Assembly: GCA_021850485.1 (NCBI GenBank)
Contig: JAJZLY010000007.1
Span: 26,973 to 90,972 of the forward strand
Length of the DNA stretch: 64,000 bases
Origin: Bacillota bacterium
GTDB taxonomy: Bacteria > Bacillota > Sulfobacillia > JAJZYS01 > JAJZLH01
Direction of reading: 5' to 3'
Part shown: positions 1 through 9,496 of the stretch, piece after piece
Layout of the letters: every line of letters starts with the position of its first letter
How positions within the stretch are numbered: the stretch's first letter is position 1
The notes under the pieces: model-generated
Databases searched by the model: none
What the model was told of the DNA's origin: nothing
What the model saw: the letters and a program-made list of their open reading frames with translations, nothing else
Position numbers and translations under genes: made by a program

Positions 1-2032
1 GGCCGCCCTGGTAGACCATCTGCTCGAACAGGGCGCGGCCGATGCCCTGGGCACTGCCACCGCGCATCTGGCCGGCCACCGCCGCCGGGTTCAGGGCCTT
101 GCCCACGTCTTGCACCGCCAGATAGTCGACGATTTTCAGCCAGCCGTGGCGGCGGTCCAGCCGCACCTTGGCAATGTGCACGGCGAAGCCGGGTGCGCTC
201 TTGGTGATGGCGGTGCGCCCTTGGCCTGTAACCGGCGCCTGTTCGGCGCCAAAGCCGGTGGTCAGGGCAGCCAGTTCAGCGACCGACTTGCCGCCCTGGG
301 GCACACCTTTGACCCGGACCTGTCCGTCTGCCAGCTCCAGATCCTCGGCCGCTGCCTCCATCTCGGTGGCGGCCAGCTCCAGAATCTGCCGCTTGGCGTC
401 TTCAGCGGCCAAAAGCACGGCCGCTCCCACCGTGGATGTGATCTTGCTGCCGCCGGCGAAGCCGGCGTAGGGAGCCTGGTCGGTGTCGCCGGCGACCACC
501 CGGATCCGGCTCGGATCGATGCCAAACGCCTGTGCCGCAATCAAGGCAAAGGTCGTGTGGGTACCGGTGATATCCACTGAGCCGACCTGTACGGTCAGGC
601 TGCCGTCGCCGTTCACCTTGCACACCGCCGCCGCCGGTTCAGTGCCGCCAGGCCAGCCGCCGGCGGCCACCCCGATGCCCTCGTCTGCACCCTTCTGCCG
701 CTTACGCCACAGGGGATCTTGAGCCGCCCGCTCCAGGCACTCGGCCAGTCCGATCCGGGCCCAGGGCCGACCGTTGACCTGTGGGTCTCCTTCGACCGAG
801 GCGTTCTTGCGGCGCAAGGTGAGCGGGTCCATGTCCAGCGTGCGCGCCAATTCGTCCATCGCCGATTCCAGAGCAAAGTAGGCCTGTGGTGCACCAGGGG
901 CGCGGTAGGCGCCGACCGGGACCTTATGGGTGACCACCTCAACGCCGCGGATCGCCAGGTGCGGCGCCTGATAGGTACCACCCAGCAACATGCCAGCGAT
1001 GCCCACCGGGCTGCCCGCAGCGGCGCCGCTGTCGAACAGCAAGTCGGCGAAGATGCCGGTCAACTTGCCATCGCGAGTGGCGCCAAGGCGCACCGTGATC
1101 TCAGCTGCCGGTCCCGGATTGGAGACCAAGAAATCTTGCAACCGGTCCAAAACCAGCATCACCGGACGTCGGACCACGGTGGCCAAAGCCGCCGCCAGCG
1201 GCTCCAGGAGTCCGCCCTTGCCACCGAAGGCACCGCCTACCGTCATCGGCACGATACGGACTTGATCCTCGCTCAGTCCCAGACACTGGGCGGCGTAGCT
1301 GCGACTGTAGAATGCGCCCTGGGTCGAAGCCCAGATGGTGACCGATCCGTCCGGGTGCGCCTCGGCGGCCGCAGCCTGCGGCTCCAGGTACGCCTGGTGA
1401 ACGCCCGAGATCTTGTAGCTGCCCTCCACCACCTGATCGGCGAGCCGCCAGCCCTGTTCGATGTCGCCGCGGTCGAAGGCGATCTGACGAGTGACGTTGG
1501 GCGCATGCTTGCCGCTGGTCTCGCCACCGACCGCCGCGCCATGGGCGGCCTCCTCATCCTCGCCGCCGTGCAGCTCTTCTTCAGTGCGCACTCGCGGGGC
1601 GTCTTGGGCCATGGCCAAGCGCGCATCGGTGGCAGCAGGCAGCCGCTGGTAGCTGACCTCCACCGCCTCGGCACCATCTTCGGCCGCCGCCGCCGTCTCG
1701 GCCAGGACCACGGCCACCGGCTCGCCGGCAAAAAACACCTCGCGATGGGCCAACAACACGTCCAGCATGCGGTCAGGCGCGCCGGGCGGCTGGTGGCCAA
1801 GGCGAGCCAGAGTCAGATCCTGAGCGCTGAAGGCGGCCACCACTCCAGCCAGGCGCAGGGCCGGGGCCAGATCGACCTTTTCGATCTTGGCGTGGGCGTA
1901 GGGGGATAGCACCAACCGGGCATGCAGCCAGTCGTGGCGCCGGACGTCTGACACGTACTGAGCCTGACCGGTCAGCTTATGGGCGCCTTCACGGCGGGGC
2001 ACGGACGTACCGATGTAGCTGGCTTCACTCAT
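1..2032 (-). CDS. Xanthine dehydrogenase/aldehyde oxidoreductase-family molybdopterin-binding large subunit (CoxL-like), 3' end runs off window
   Basis: Not in the ORF track because it has no stop in the window. Manual translation from ATG 2032 gives MSEASYIGTSVPRREGAHKLTGQAQYVSD..SPYAHAKI, an internal VGAYRAPGAPQAYFALESAMDELAR, and QDVGKALNP..GQMRGGSAQGIG at the window edge, in frame with the start. It overlaps the xdhC stop. Confidence 0.92.
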   Translation of the reverse strand, partial: MSEASYIGTSVPRREGAHKLTGQAQYVSDVRRHDWLHARLVLSPYAHAKIEKVDLAPALRLAGVVAAFSAQDLTLARLGHQPPGAPDRMLDVLLAHREVFFAGEPVAVVLAETAAAAEDGAEAVEVSYQRLPAATDARLAMAQDAPRVRTEEELHGGEDEEAAHGAAVGGETSGKHAPNVTRQIAFDRGDIEQGWRLADQVVEGSYKISGVHQAYLEPQAAAAEAHPDGSVTIWASTQGAFYSRSYAAQCLGLSEDQVRIVPMTVGGAFGGKGGLLEPLAAALATVVRRPVMLVLDRLQDFLVSNPGPAAEITVRLGATRDGKLTGIFADLLFDSGAAAGSPVGIAGMLLGGTYQAPHLAIRGVEVVTHKVPVGAYRAPGAPQAYFALESAMDELARTLDMDPLTLRRKNASVEGDPQVNGRPWARIGLAECLERAAQDPLWRKRQKGADEGIGVAAGGWPGGTEPAAAVCKVNGDGSLTVQVGSVDITGTHTTFALIAAQAFGIDPSRIRVVAGDTDQAPYAGFAGGSKITSTVGAAVLLAAEDAKRQILELAATEMEAAAEDLELADGQVRVKGVPQGGKSVAELAALTTGFGAEQAPVTGQGRTAITKSAPGFAVHIAKVRLDRRHGWLKIVDYLAVQDVGKALNPAAVAGQMRGGSAQGIGRALFEQMVYQGG

Positions 2033-3146
2033 GGACTCCCACCTCCGTGTGCTCGATCTCTCTGGGTGCGTGGTGCAACGGGCCGCGATGGCCGCTCAAC
2101 GAGGTGCCGGGGCGTCTTTCCCGGCTGGCCACGATCTCGGACAAAAGCGATAGCGCAATCTCCTCTGGCGTACGGGCGCCAATGTCCAAGCCGCCAGGCG
2201 TGTGGATGCGCCGGCGCACCGTTGCAGACACGCTGGTGCCATTCTCGGCCAAAAGCGCCAGTGTGCGGTCGCTGCGTCCGATCGGCCCCAACAGGCCGAT
2301 GTAGGCCGCCGGCGAGCTCAGGGCCAGGGCGAGGGCGTGCGCGTCCCACTGCAGGTGATGGTTCATCACCACCACGGCTGCGCCCGGACTGATCAAGCTC
2401 GCCGGGCCAGGTGGCCGGCGCAGGTCGACGCGGCGCACCCCTGGCAGACGACGGGCTGCCAGCAGATTCGGACGGTGGTCGGCGACAGTGACGCGAAACC
2501 CCACCTGGCGGGCCAGTGACACCAGCGGCAGGGCGTCGTCTCCGGCCCCGAACACAACCAGGCTCTGGGCCGGTGCACAGACGTCGATCAGCACCCAGGC
2601 GCCGTCTTTGCCGCGAAAGGCGCGGGCCAGCGGCCGCTCCTCGGCCAGCACCTGGGCACAGGCAGCTTGCCAAGCGTGCTGCTCGCCCAGCCACTGCCCT
2701 TGGTCATTGCCGTAGAGGCGGCCGATCGCTCCCGAGCCGTCTTCAGCCACCACCGTGGCCAGCACGGCCCTGCGGCCAAGGAGCAGGTCTTGCAAGAAGC
2801 GGTGCAACGGGCCGGGGGATCGGCCAGGCGGGTCTAGGCGCTCAAGCAGGATGCGCACCGTGCCAGGGCAGCCGGCGCCCATGCCGAACAACCCCTCGTC
2901 TGCCAGCGCATAGGTAAGGAGGCGGACACCGGAGCCTTCAGCCAGGGTGCGCAGGGCGACGTCGCCTTCCAGGCAGCCGCCGGAGATCAAGCCCACCGGC
3001 TGGCCGTCGGGCCCGACGATCAGTTTGGCCCCCTCGTGGCGATAGGCCGAGCCGTCGACCGCCAAGACGGTCGCCAGCCAGCTGCTCTCGCCCCGCTGCC
3101 AGAGCGCACTCAGGGTGCGGGCGAACAGGTCGTCGATCGTCTTCAC
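2025..3146 (-). CDS. xdhC: XdhC/CoxF-family Moco chaperone
   Basis: Motifs GSAYRHEGAKL, GLISGGCLEGD, GAGCPG, FGAGDDA, YIGLLGP and GLDIGARTPEEIALS. GTG start at 3146 after AGGAGG, overlapping the upstream stop (GTGA). Confidence 0.9.
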   Translation of the reverse strand: MKTIDDLFARTLSALWQRGESSWLATVLAVDGSAYRHEGAKLIVGPDGQPVGLISGGCLEGDVALRTLAEGSGVRLLTYALADEGLFGMGAGCPGTVRILLERLDPPGRSPGPLHRFLQDLLLGRRAVLATVVAEDGSGAIGRLYGNDQGQWLGEQHAWQAACAQVLAEERPLARAFRGKDGAWVLIDVCAPAQSLVVFGAGDDALPLVSLARQVGFRVTVADHRPNLLAARRLPGVRRVDLRRPPGPASLISPGAAVVVMNHHLQWDAHALALALSSPAAYIGLLGPIGRSDRTLALLAENGTSVSATVRRRIHTPGGLDIGARTPEEIALSLLSEIVASRERRPGTSLSGHRGPLHHAPREIEHTEVGVHE

Positions 3147-4195
3147 GGGCGCTTCCTCCTTGCACGTTGGGTCAAGGCGGCCAGTCCCTGATAGCGGTCG
3201 GCCGCCTGGAAGGCACACTGTGCGGCCCGGGTCAGCGGTTTGTAGCCAGCGCTGTCGGCCAATGGATTGACCCAGGTGATCACCGCCGACCGCCGGCGCA
3301 AGGCGGCCAGAGCCTGTGCCAACTGGGCGGTCGGTCCAGCCTCCAAGGCGTCGCTGACGATCAGGGTGCTGAGATGTTGACGCCGGGGCAGGTGCGGCCC
3401 ATGCAACACCGCGGCGATGGCGTCTGCGATGCGGGTGCCGCTGCCCCAACTGGCGGCCGGCAGGCTCAATTCCGGCTGGAACAGGCGGTCGCTGAGCCGG
3501 CTGGTGTCGGCGGAAAAGGCGTACACCTCGGTGTCCGGCCGGCGCCGGCGCAACAAACGGCCGACGGCCACCAGCTGCTCGGCCCACTGCTGCATGGATC
3601 GGCTGGCATCGAGCAGCACCAGTGACTGGCGGCGGACCGGGCGTTTCTTCCAGATCAGGTGCACGGGTTCTCCGGCGGTGGTCAAGCTGCGCTGCAGCGT
3701 GCGCCGCAGGTCGAGGCGGCGGCCGACCGTAGCCTCCAGGCCGCCCACCCGATCCGCCCAGGACAAAAAGGGTGCGGCCCAGCCCTGAGCCAGATCACTC
3801 CCCTGGCGCGCTCCGGGCACAGCCTGGCGGCCGGTACCGCCCGCCGGGCTGGCCGCCGGGATGGACACCCGCTCAGCCGGAGCGTCGGTGTCGGCACCAG
3901 CGCCCAAAGCCGTGCCAGCGGCCGCAGCGGCCGCCTGGGCGGCCAAGGCAGTGGACTTGTCGACCTCTGCCCCGGCACCGAACAACCAGGGAAAGAGCTG
4001 GTCGAAGATGGCCAAGGCCCGGCGGTCGCGTGCCAACGTCGCCCGCAGGGCCAGCCGCTGAGGCTCGCGGTCTGCCGCGACCAGGGTGATCGCCACCAAG
4101 GCATCGGCCAACTCGGCGGGACCGATGGCGCAGCCGGCCTGGCGCATCGCAGCGGCCAGGGCGCGCACCCGAGTCACCTGCTGGGTCAGATCCAT
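3143..4195 (-). CDS. CoxE-like VWA-domain protein
   Basis: RLDLRRTLQRSL, MIDAS motif DASRSM, WGSGTRI, IVSDALE, WVNP. ATG at 4195 directly follows the coxD-like stop. Confidence 0.85.
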   Translation of the reverse strand: MDLTQQVTRVRALAAAMRQAGCAIGPAELADALVAITLVAADREPQRLALRATLARDRRALAIFDQLFPWLFGAGAEVDKSTALAAQAAAAAAGTALGAGADTDAPAERVSIPAASPAGGTGRQAVPGARQGSDLAQGWAAPFLSWADRVGGLEATVGRRLDLRRTLQRSLTTAGEPVHLIWKKRPVRRQSLVLLDASRSMQQWAEQLVAVGRLLRRRRPDTEVYAFSADTSRLSDRLFQPELSLPAASWGSGTRIADAIAAVLHGPHLPRRQHLSTLIVSDALEAGPTAQLAQALAALRRRSAVITWVNPLADSAGYKPLTRAAQCAFQAADRYQGLAALTQRARRKRP

Positions 4196-4196
4196 C

Positions 4197-5093
4197 TCAG
4201 GACTCCTCAGCCTCGGCCAAGGCCTGGGCCAACTGCTGGCCGTCAGCTGCGAGCAGGCGCTGGCGGTCTTGTGCCGACTTGACGATCGTGCCGAGCGCCT
4301 GTGCCACGACATCTTGGTCCAGATGATCCGATCCGAGCTGGGCCGCCGCCGCCGCCAGATCGAGTGCCTCGGCCACACCCGGCGGCTTGTCCAGCTCCAT
4401 GCGGCGCAAGGCCGCCATCAGCCGCGCCACCTCTGCGGCCAAGTGCGGCGTTGTCTTGGGCAAGTGGGCGGCCAAGATGGCACTCTCGCGTTGCACGGTG
4501 GGGAAATCGATCCAGGCGTACAGACAACGCCGGCGCAAAGCGTCTGAGAGTTCACGGGTCCGGTTGGAGGTGATCACCACATGCGGCATCGCCTTCGCCT
4601 TGAGGGTGCCGAGTTCAGGTATGGTCACCTGGCCCTCGCCCAGGAGTTCCAGCAACAGCGCTTCCAGCGCCTCGTCGGCGCGGTCGATCTCGTCGATCAG
4701 CAACACCACTGGGCCGTCTTCGGCGAGCAGCGCCGACAGCAGCGGCCGGTGCAGCAAGAAGCGCTCCGAGAACAAGTCAGCGTCATCCACACCACCGTCG
4801 GCCTGGCGCAGCGCCAACAGCTGGCGGGGGTAATCCCACTCGTACAGCGCCTGGCTGAAATCCAGCCCCTCGAAGCACTGCAAGCGGACCAGCCGCCTAC
4901 CCAGCGTGGACGACAGTGCGGTGGCAAGCGCGGTCTTGCCCACGCCGGCCGGGCCCTCGACCAAGAGTGGCCGGGGCAGGGTCAGAGCAAGGTGGACGGC
5001 CGTCGCCAGGTCCGCCCCGGCCACGTAGCCAGCACCGGCCAGGCCTTGCAAGATGGCCCCCACGGGATCGCCACCAGAGGCGCTTGGTCTCAT
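4197..5093 (-). CDS. CoxD-like MoxR-family AAA+ ATPase
   Basis: Walker A GPAGVGKT, RLQCFEGLD..ALYEWDY, Walker B LLIDEIDRAD, TSNRTRELSDALRRRC. Start reassigned to ATG 5093, overlapping the coxS-like stop. Confidence 0.92.
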   Translation of the reverse strand: MRPSASGGDPVGAILQGLAGAGYVAGADLATAVHLALTLPRPLLVEGPAGVGKTALATALSSTLGRRLVRLQCFEGLDFSQALYEWDYPRQLLALRQADGGVDDADLFSERFLLHRPLLSALLAEDGPVVLLIDEIDRADEALEALLLELLGEGQVTIPELGTLKAKAMPHVVITSNRTRELSDALRRRCLYAWIDFPTVQRESAILAAHLPKTTPHLAAEVARLMAALRRMELDKPPGVAEALDLAAAAAQLGSDHLDQDVVAQALGTIVKSAQDRQRLLAADGQQLAQALAEAEES

Positions 5094-5578
5094 CGGGGCT
5101 CCGAGTCTGCTGCGGCCAAGATGCTGTCCACGATATCGGTGTAGCCCGTGCAGCGACAGATCACGCCAGAGATGGCGGACGTCACTTGCTCGCGGCTGGG
5201 ATGAGGGGTCCTCTCCAACAGGTTGGTGGCTGCGATCAGCATGCCTGGCGTGCAAAAGCCGCACTGCAATCCATGGTGGTCCAAAAATGCCTGTTGCAGC
5301 CGGCTGAGCTGTCCGCCCTCGGCACCGATCCCTTCCACCGTGGTTACCTGACAGCCCTCGACCTGGGCGGCGAGCAGCAAACAAGAGCGCACCACCTGGC
5401 CATCGACCAGGACATTGCAGGCGCCGCACACCCCCTGTTCGCAGCCGAGGTGCGTCGCAGTCAGGGACAGCTGATCGCGCAGACAATCGGCCAGGGAGAG
5501 TCTGGGCTCAACGTCCAGGTCGACCGGCCGGCCGTTGACGAAAAAGTGAACAGCCACGGTGCTTGGCGCCTCAGGCAC
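5090..5578 (-). CDS. [2Fe-2S]-binding small subunit (CoxS/XdhC-type Mo hydroxylase small subunit)
   Basis: GCEQGVCGACNV..SC, QCGFCTPG, ICRCTGY. GTG at 5578 after AAGGAGG. Confidence 0.93.
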   Translation of the reverse strand: MPEAPSTVAVHFFVNGRPVDLDVEPRLSLADCLRDQLSLTATHLGCEQGVCGACNVLVDGQVVRSCLLLAAQVEGCQVTTVEGIGAEGGQLSRLQQAFLDHHGLQCGFCTPGMLIAATNLLERTPHPSREQVTSAISGVICRCTGYTDIVDSILAAADSEPR

Positions 5579-6458
5579 GGGACACGCCTCCTTTAGGGTT
5601 GCGACTGATCGACTCGCCAAGCGCCTCGACGATCAACCGAGAGGCGAGCTTGAGCCGATAACTGGCGGTTGCCCGCAGGTCGTCTGCGGGCTCGGCCTGA
5701 CTCAAAACGGCATCGGCGAATTCGCGCAACACCGCGGGCGACGGCACCTGTCCCACCAACTGCGCCTGCGCCGTTTCATTGGTGACGGGTGCTGGCCCCA
5801 TCCCCGCCACGGCCAAGCGCACCTCGGCCACCCGGCCGTCTGGGCTCGTGACCAGACTCGCCGCCACCGCTGCCAGCGCAAAGTCGCCTTCCCGCAGGGC
5901 GAACTCGGTGAATGCACTGGCTCTGGCAACCGCACCCAGGGGCAGGAGGCAAGAGACCAACATCTCACCTTCGGCCAGCGCCGTCTGGAACAGGCCCAAA
6001 AAGAATTCACCCGCCGGCACGATTCGCTCCCCAGCCTGACTGTGACAGATCATCTGCGCACCGAGCGCCACGGCCAGAGCCGGCAGTTCAGCGGCCGGAT
6101 CGGCGTGGGCCAGGCTGCCCAACACAGTGCCACGGTTGCGGATCTCAAGGTGGCCAATCCAGCCGGCCGCCTCAGCCAGAGCCGGTACCTCGGTGCGGAC
6201 CAGGGCGGACTCGACCACCTGCTGATGGCGGACCAAGGGTCCGATCTCCAGCTGGCCATCTCTGGCCGCCAACCGGTCGGCGCCCTCAAGTCCGCCCAGG
6301 TCGATCACCAGTTCCGGTCTGACCAAACGCAGTGCCAGCATCGGCATCAAACTCTGGCCACCGGCCAATACCTTGGCCTGTGCGCCGTGGCGGGCCAGCA
6401 GGTCCAAAACGGCCGCCTGTGTGGTGGGACGCTGATAGGCAAACGGGGCTGGTTTCAC
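5571..6458 (-). CDS. FAD-binding medium subunit (CoxM-like)
   Basis: MKPAPFAYQRP, LAGGQSLMPML, IRNRGTVLGSLAHADPAAE, DDLRATASYR. Confidence 0.93.
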   Translation of the reverse strand: MKPAPFAYQRPTTQAAVLDLLARHGAQAKVLAGGQSLMPMLALRLVRPELVIDLGGLEGADRLAARDGQLEIGPLVRHQQVVESALVRTEVPALAEAAGWIGHLEIRNRGTVLGSLAHADPAAELPALAVALGAQMICHSQAGERIVPAGEFFLGLFQTALAEGEMLVSCLLPLGAVARASAFTEFALREGDFALAAVAASLVTSPDGRVAEVRLAVAGMGPAPVTNETAQAQLVGQVPSPAVLREFADAVLSQAEPADDLRATASYRLKLASRLIVEALGESISRNPKGGVSRA

Positions 6459-6928
6459 GACGTCGTCCTCCCTTGTTCCAAACCACCGACATGGTCCGCC
6501 ACTTCCTGGGCCAAGCGGTTCATGAACTGACGTTCGAGCATCTTGGCCACGCCGTCCAGCATGCGTTGGCCGATGCCGGCCAGCTTGCCGCCGATTTCGC
6601 TCACACCGTGGTAGGTGACCCGGGTGCCAGTGTCTTCCGGCTCCAGACTCACCAAAATGGTGGCTGACACCGACCCTGGGCCACCGGTCAACTCCAGTTG
6701 CAGGCGCATGGAGTGCGGCGGCTGGGGGTCGATCACGGCCAACGTCCCCTGATAGCGCCCTCCCACCCCGGCCACACCCAGTTCAGCAGTCAGCTGGTAG
6801 CGGCCAGCGGCCTGCTGCTGAAAGGACTTACATCCGGGGATGGCCCGTGCCAGCACGTCCGGATCGAGCAATGCCCCAAAGGCCTGGGGCGGATCGGCTG
6901 CCAGCCGCATCTCTCCTGCCAGTTCCAT
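6455..6928 (-). CDS. CoxG/SRPBCC-family protein
   Basis: LLDPDVLARAIPGC, GGKLAGIGQRMLDGVAK. Confidence 0.88.
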   Translation of the reverse strand: MELAGEMRLAADPPQAFGALLDPDVLARAIPGCKSFQQQAAGRYQLTAELGVAGVGGRYQGTLAVIDPQPPHSMRLQLELTGGPGSVSATILVSLEPEDTGTRVTYHGVSEIGGKLAGIGQRMLDGVAKMLERQFMNRLAQEVADHVGGLEQGRTTS

Positions 6929-6931
6929 CGG

Positions 6932-8023
6932 CTAGCCTCCCTGAGCGGAAAGCGGCTGGTCGGTGCCTGGATCGAGGTGGCCCGCCCACCCGACCTCCGC
7001 CACCACCTCTTCTACCATCAGATTCGCCCCTTGATCTGATGTGTCCTCGGCCAGATCGACGGTCAGCTCAGCCAGCACCATGTCCCCGACCTCGAACCAA
7101 GCGGTGGCATGCCCCTCGAAGGTGGCGAGCGCCCCCTCCGTGCTGGCAAGACCATCCGCCCGGACGATCAAGCCGCCCGTCGCCGCCAGGTCGTCGCCAG
7201 CGGCCAGAGCCTGCACCAGCGCGCGGTCGTGACCGGAGAGCAGGCTGATCAGTACGCTCGCCCCGGGCTCACGCCACAGGGCACCGACCGGGCTTGAGGC
7301 GGCTGCCGCCACCACCAGCCGGGCCGGCCGATGAGAGGCCTGCATGCCCCAGCCGCTGACCATCAGGTGGCTGCGGCCAGCCGCCACCGTGCTGGCCAGA
7401 TAGAGTCCCCAGTGCCGCCGGCCGAAGACATCCAAAAACGCCTGGTCGCTAAGGGCGAAGGCAGCGCAGGGGGCCGCATCCAGGGCCCTTGGGTTATATG
7501 CAAAGGCCGCAAACGGCAGCACGGTCTCCTCAGCGCCGCGTGGATCAGCCACCGCCACAATGGCATTGACCGTGATGTTGTCAGCCGCGGCCTGCAGCAG
7601 GCTGCCGCCACATGCCTCACCGACCACCAGCAAAAAGTCGCCGAGGTCGACCGCATGCAGCAGGGAGAAGTCGACATAACCGACTGCCGCCCGCGGCACC
7701 GGGGCACCGGCCGGGGAGCGGACAAACAGCTTGGGGTCTTGCACCACCGACCAGTCACCGTGGTAAAACCGCCCTTGCCAAGCCTGATCGTCTACCGAGC
7801 TCACGCTGACGGTGAAGCGGCCGAGCGCTTGGATCATCGCGGCGGCGGCAAACTCCTTGGGGATGGCCGCCATCAGCCGGGCTGGGCTGAGGCCGCAGAT
7901 GGCCAGCCAACAGCCGCCGTGCAGGTGGCAATGCTGGCCGTCGGCAACGGAGATCATCAGGGCACCGCGGATTCGGCGATCGTAGATCAGTTCCACCGGG
8001 TCAAGGAGCGACTGGCTATCCAT
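6932..8023 (-). CDS. Protein with two tandem flavin-reductase-like (split-barrel) domains
   Basis: Two repeats of a W..x-S-x-x-P-x-R-L...(F/V)xxS...G-A/L-x...GD(F/M)xxxxG/E pattern resembling the Flavin_Reduct fold. The usual GDH His is replaced in both copies. Confidence 0.6.
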   Translation of the reverse strand: MDSQSLLDPVELIYDRRIRGALMISVADGQHCHLHGGCWLAICGLSPARLMAAIPKEFAAAAMIQALGRFTVSVSSVDDQAWQGRFYHGDWSVVQDPKLFVRSPAGAPVPRAAVGYVDFSLLHAVDLGDFLLVVGEACGGSLLQAAADNITVNAIVAVADPRGAEETVLPFAAFAYNPRALDAAPCAAFALSDQAFLDVFGRRHWGLYLASTVAAGRSHLMVSGWGMQASHRPARLVVAAAASSPVGALWREPGASVLISLLSGHDRALVQALAAGDDLAATGGLIVRADGLASTEGALATFEGHATAWFEVGDMVLAELTVDLAEDTSDQGANLMVEEVVAEVGWAGHLDPGTDQPLSAQGG

Positions 8024-8038
8024 CGGCTCATCACCCTC

Positions 8039-9496
8039 TCAGTGTGCGTCCAGGCAATGATCGGCGAATTCGGCCTCAGCCGGTTTCAGGCACCAGCAGA
8101 CGGCCTCGGCCCGCTGGCGCAGGGCCGGTGCGCTAAAGCCAGGTGCGAAGATCGGCCAGTCCCAGTGTAGCGCCTGGGCGGGCTTGACGAAGCGGCGGGT
8201 CAGAAGCTTCACCTCAGGCAGCGGCACCCGCTCCGGACGCTGGCCACTGCCGAGCAGTTCCAGCCCCATGCGGGCGCCGGCCGCCGCCACCGCCAGCGGC
8301 GACCAGGCGGCTTTATCCGCCCAGACCCGAGCCGGCACCTGCCCGTCTTGACTAGACCGGCTCAGAGCACGCAGGGCTTCAGCCAGCACGGGCGCCGCCA
8401 TCTGGCCTGCCTGGCGGCCGACATCTGTGGCGTCTTCGTCCCACGGTGGAGCCTGCACAGGCACGGTCAGCGGCCGTGGAAACTGTCCGTGCTCGATGGC
8501 GGCCACGCTCTGCAGGCAGACGGCCAGCACCTCAGCCGGGGTCAGGGTTACGGTCCCAATCGCCACCGATCCGAGCTGCCCGGCCGCCACCAGTTTGAGC
8601 AGGGTCAACTGGGCGCCGGCGGTCACCTGCAGCCTGGGTGCTTGGTCGGAAAAGGCGGCCACCAAATCTTCGGCCGTCCAAAAGGCCACGTCTGGGCCCG
8701 CCGCCCGAACCGTCGTCAGCCAGTCGGCGAAAGAGTATAGCGCCTGGCTCACCATCTGGTGCGGCCGCAGCGGCGGCGGCTGCCAGGTGTCCTCGGCGGC
8801 GTTCACGCCACCGCCGAACGGATCGGCGTCCCAAAAGCGGGTGGTGACCAGTTCCGTGGGATGGGTGACGGCGTTGACCAAGCCCAGGCGGCCACCGGCA
8901 GATTGCTCTGCGATCGCCCGCCCGATCATCCGCAGTGTCTGATCGTGGAGCTGTGGAATCTGGCTGAGCCATGGCTTAGGCACGGACACCGGGGCGGCCC
9001 AGTGCAGGACGCCAGCCAGCACCATCGGCCGGCCGTCGATATCGATGTAGCCGTTCCAAGCTTCCGAGTAAAAACAACGCACACCCCAACCCAAGAGGGC
9101 TGGGATCGCTTCTGCCGTCCAATTGCCGCCGGGTTGGGTGTACACCGTCGGCGCTTCACCGAACACCTCTGCCACCCGCATGAAGCCGGCCTGCTCGCGG
9201 GCGCGAAAGGCGTCCACCGCGGCCTGCCCCGCAAGCGTCGCCAACTGCTCGGCGATGGTTGGGTGGTAGCTGTGCGATGTGGAGTGAAAACCGATCTGGT
9301 GCCGGCCCAGAGCGCGCAACACATCTTGGCGCCCTCTTGCGAGGAGGGCGTCCACCTTCATGGCCGTGATCGGGAAGGTGGCCCGCACACCTTGCCGGCT
9401 GAGCAGCTCAGCCAGTGCCAGGGCAGCGTCGTCGCTCTCCGGGGTCAGGATGTCCTCGGTGTCAAAGCGCAGCAGGACCCGCACCGCATCGCTCAC
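8039..9496 (-). CDS. Polysaccharide-deacetylase (NodB/CE4-like) family metallohydrolase with C-terminal extension
   Basis: RFDTED, ATFPI, HQIGFHSTSHSYHP (HxxxH), TQPGG, THPTE. Overlaps the GT stop (GTGA). Confidence 0.72.
   Translation of the reverse strand: MSDAVRVLLRFDTEDILTPESDDAALALAELLSRQGVRATFPITAMKVDALLARGRQDVLRALGRHQIGFHSTSHSYHPTIAEQLATLAGQAAVDAFRAREQAGFMRVAEVFGEAPTVYTQPGGNWTAEAIPALLGWGVRCFYSEAWNGYIDIDGRPMVLAGVLHWAAPVSVPKPWLSQIPQLHDQTLRMIGRAIAEQSAGGRLGLVNAVTHPTELVTTRFWDADPFGGGVNAAEDTWQPPPLRPHQMVSQALYSFADWLTTVRAAGPDVAFWTAEDLVAAFSDQAPRLQVTAGAQLTLLKLVAAGQLGSVAIGTVTLTPAEVLAVCLQSVAAIEHGQFPRPLTVPVQAPPWDEDATDVGRQAGQMAAPVLAEALRALSRSSQDGQVPARVWADKAAWSPLAVAAAGARMGLELLGSGQRPERVPLPEVKLLTRRFVKPAQALHWDWPIFAPGFSAPALRQRAEAVCWCLKPAEAEFADHCLDAH

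Noticed and set aside
110..1909. Long + strand ORFs (110-580, 719-1909) and similar antisense ORFs across the window (36861-37970, 59078-60664, 61697-62932)
   Set aside because: These are shadow frames of well-supported opposite-strand or overlapping genes in high-GC DNA, with no motifs or RBS.
1..6928. Annotation as aerobic CO dehydrogenase (coxMSL)
   Set aside because: The active-site loop is AYRAPG, not AYxCSFR or AYRGAGR.
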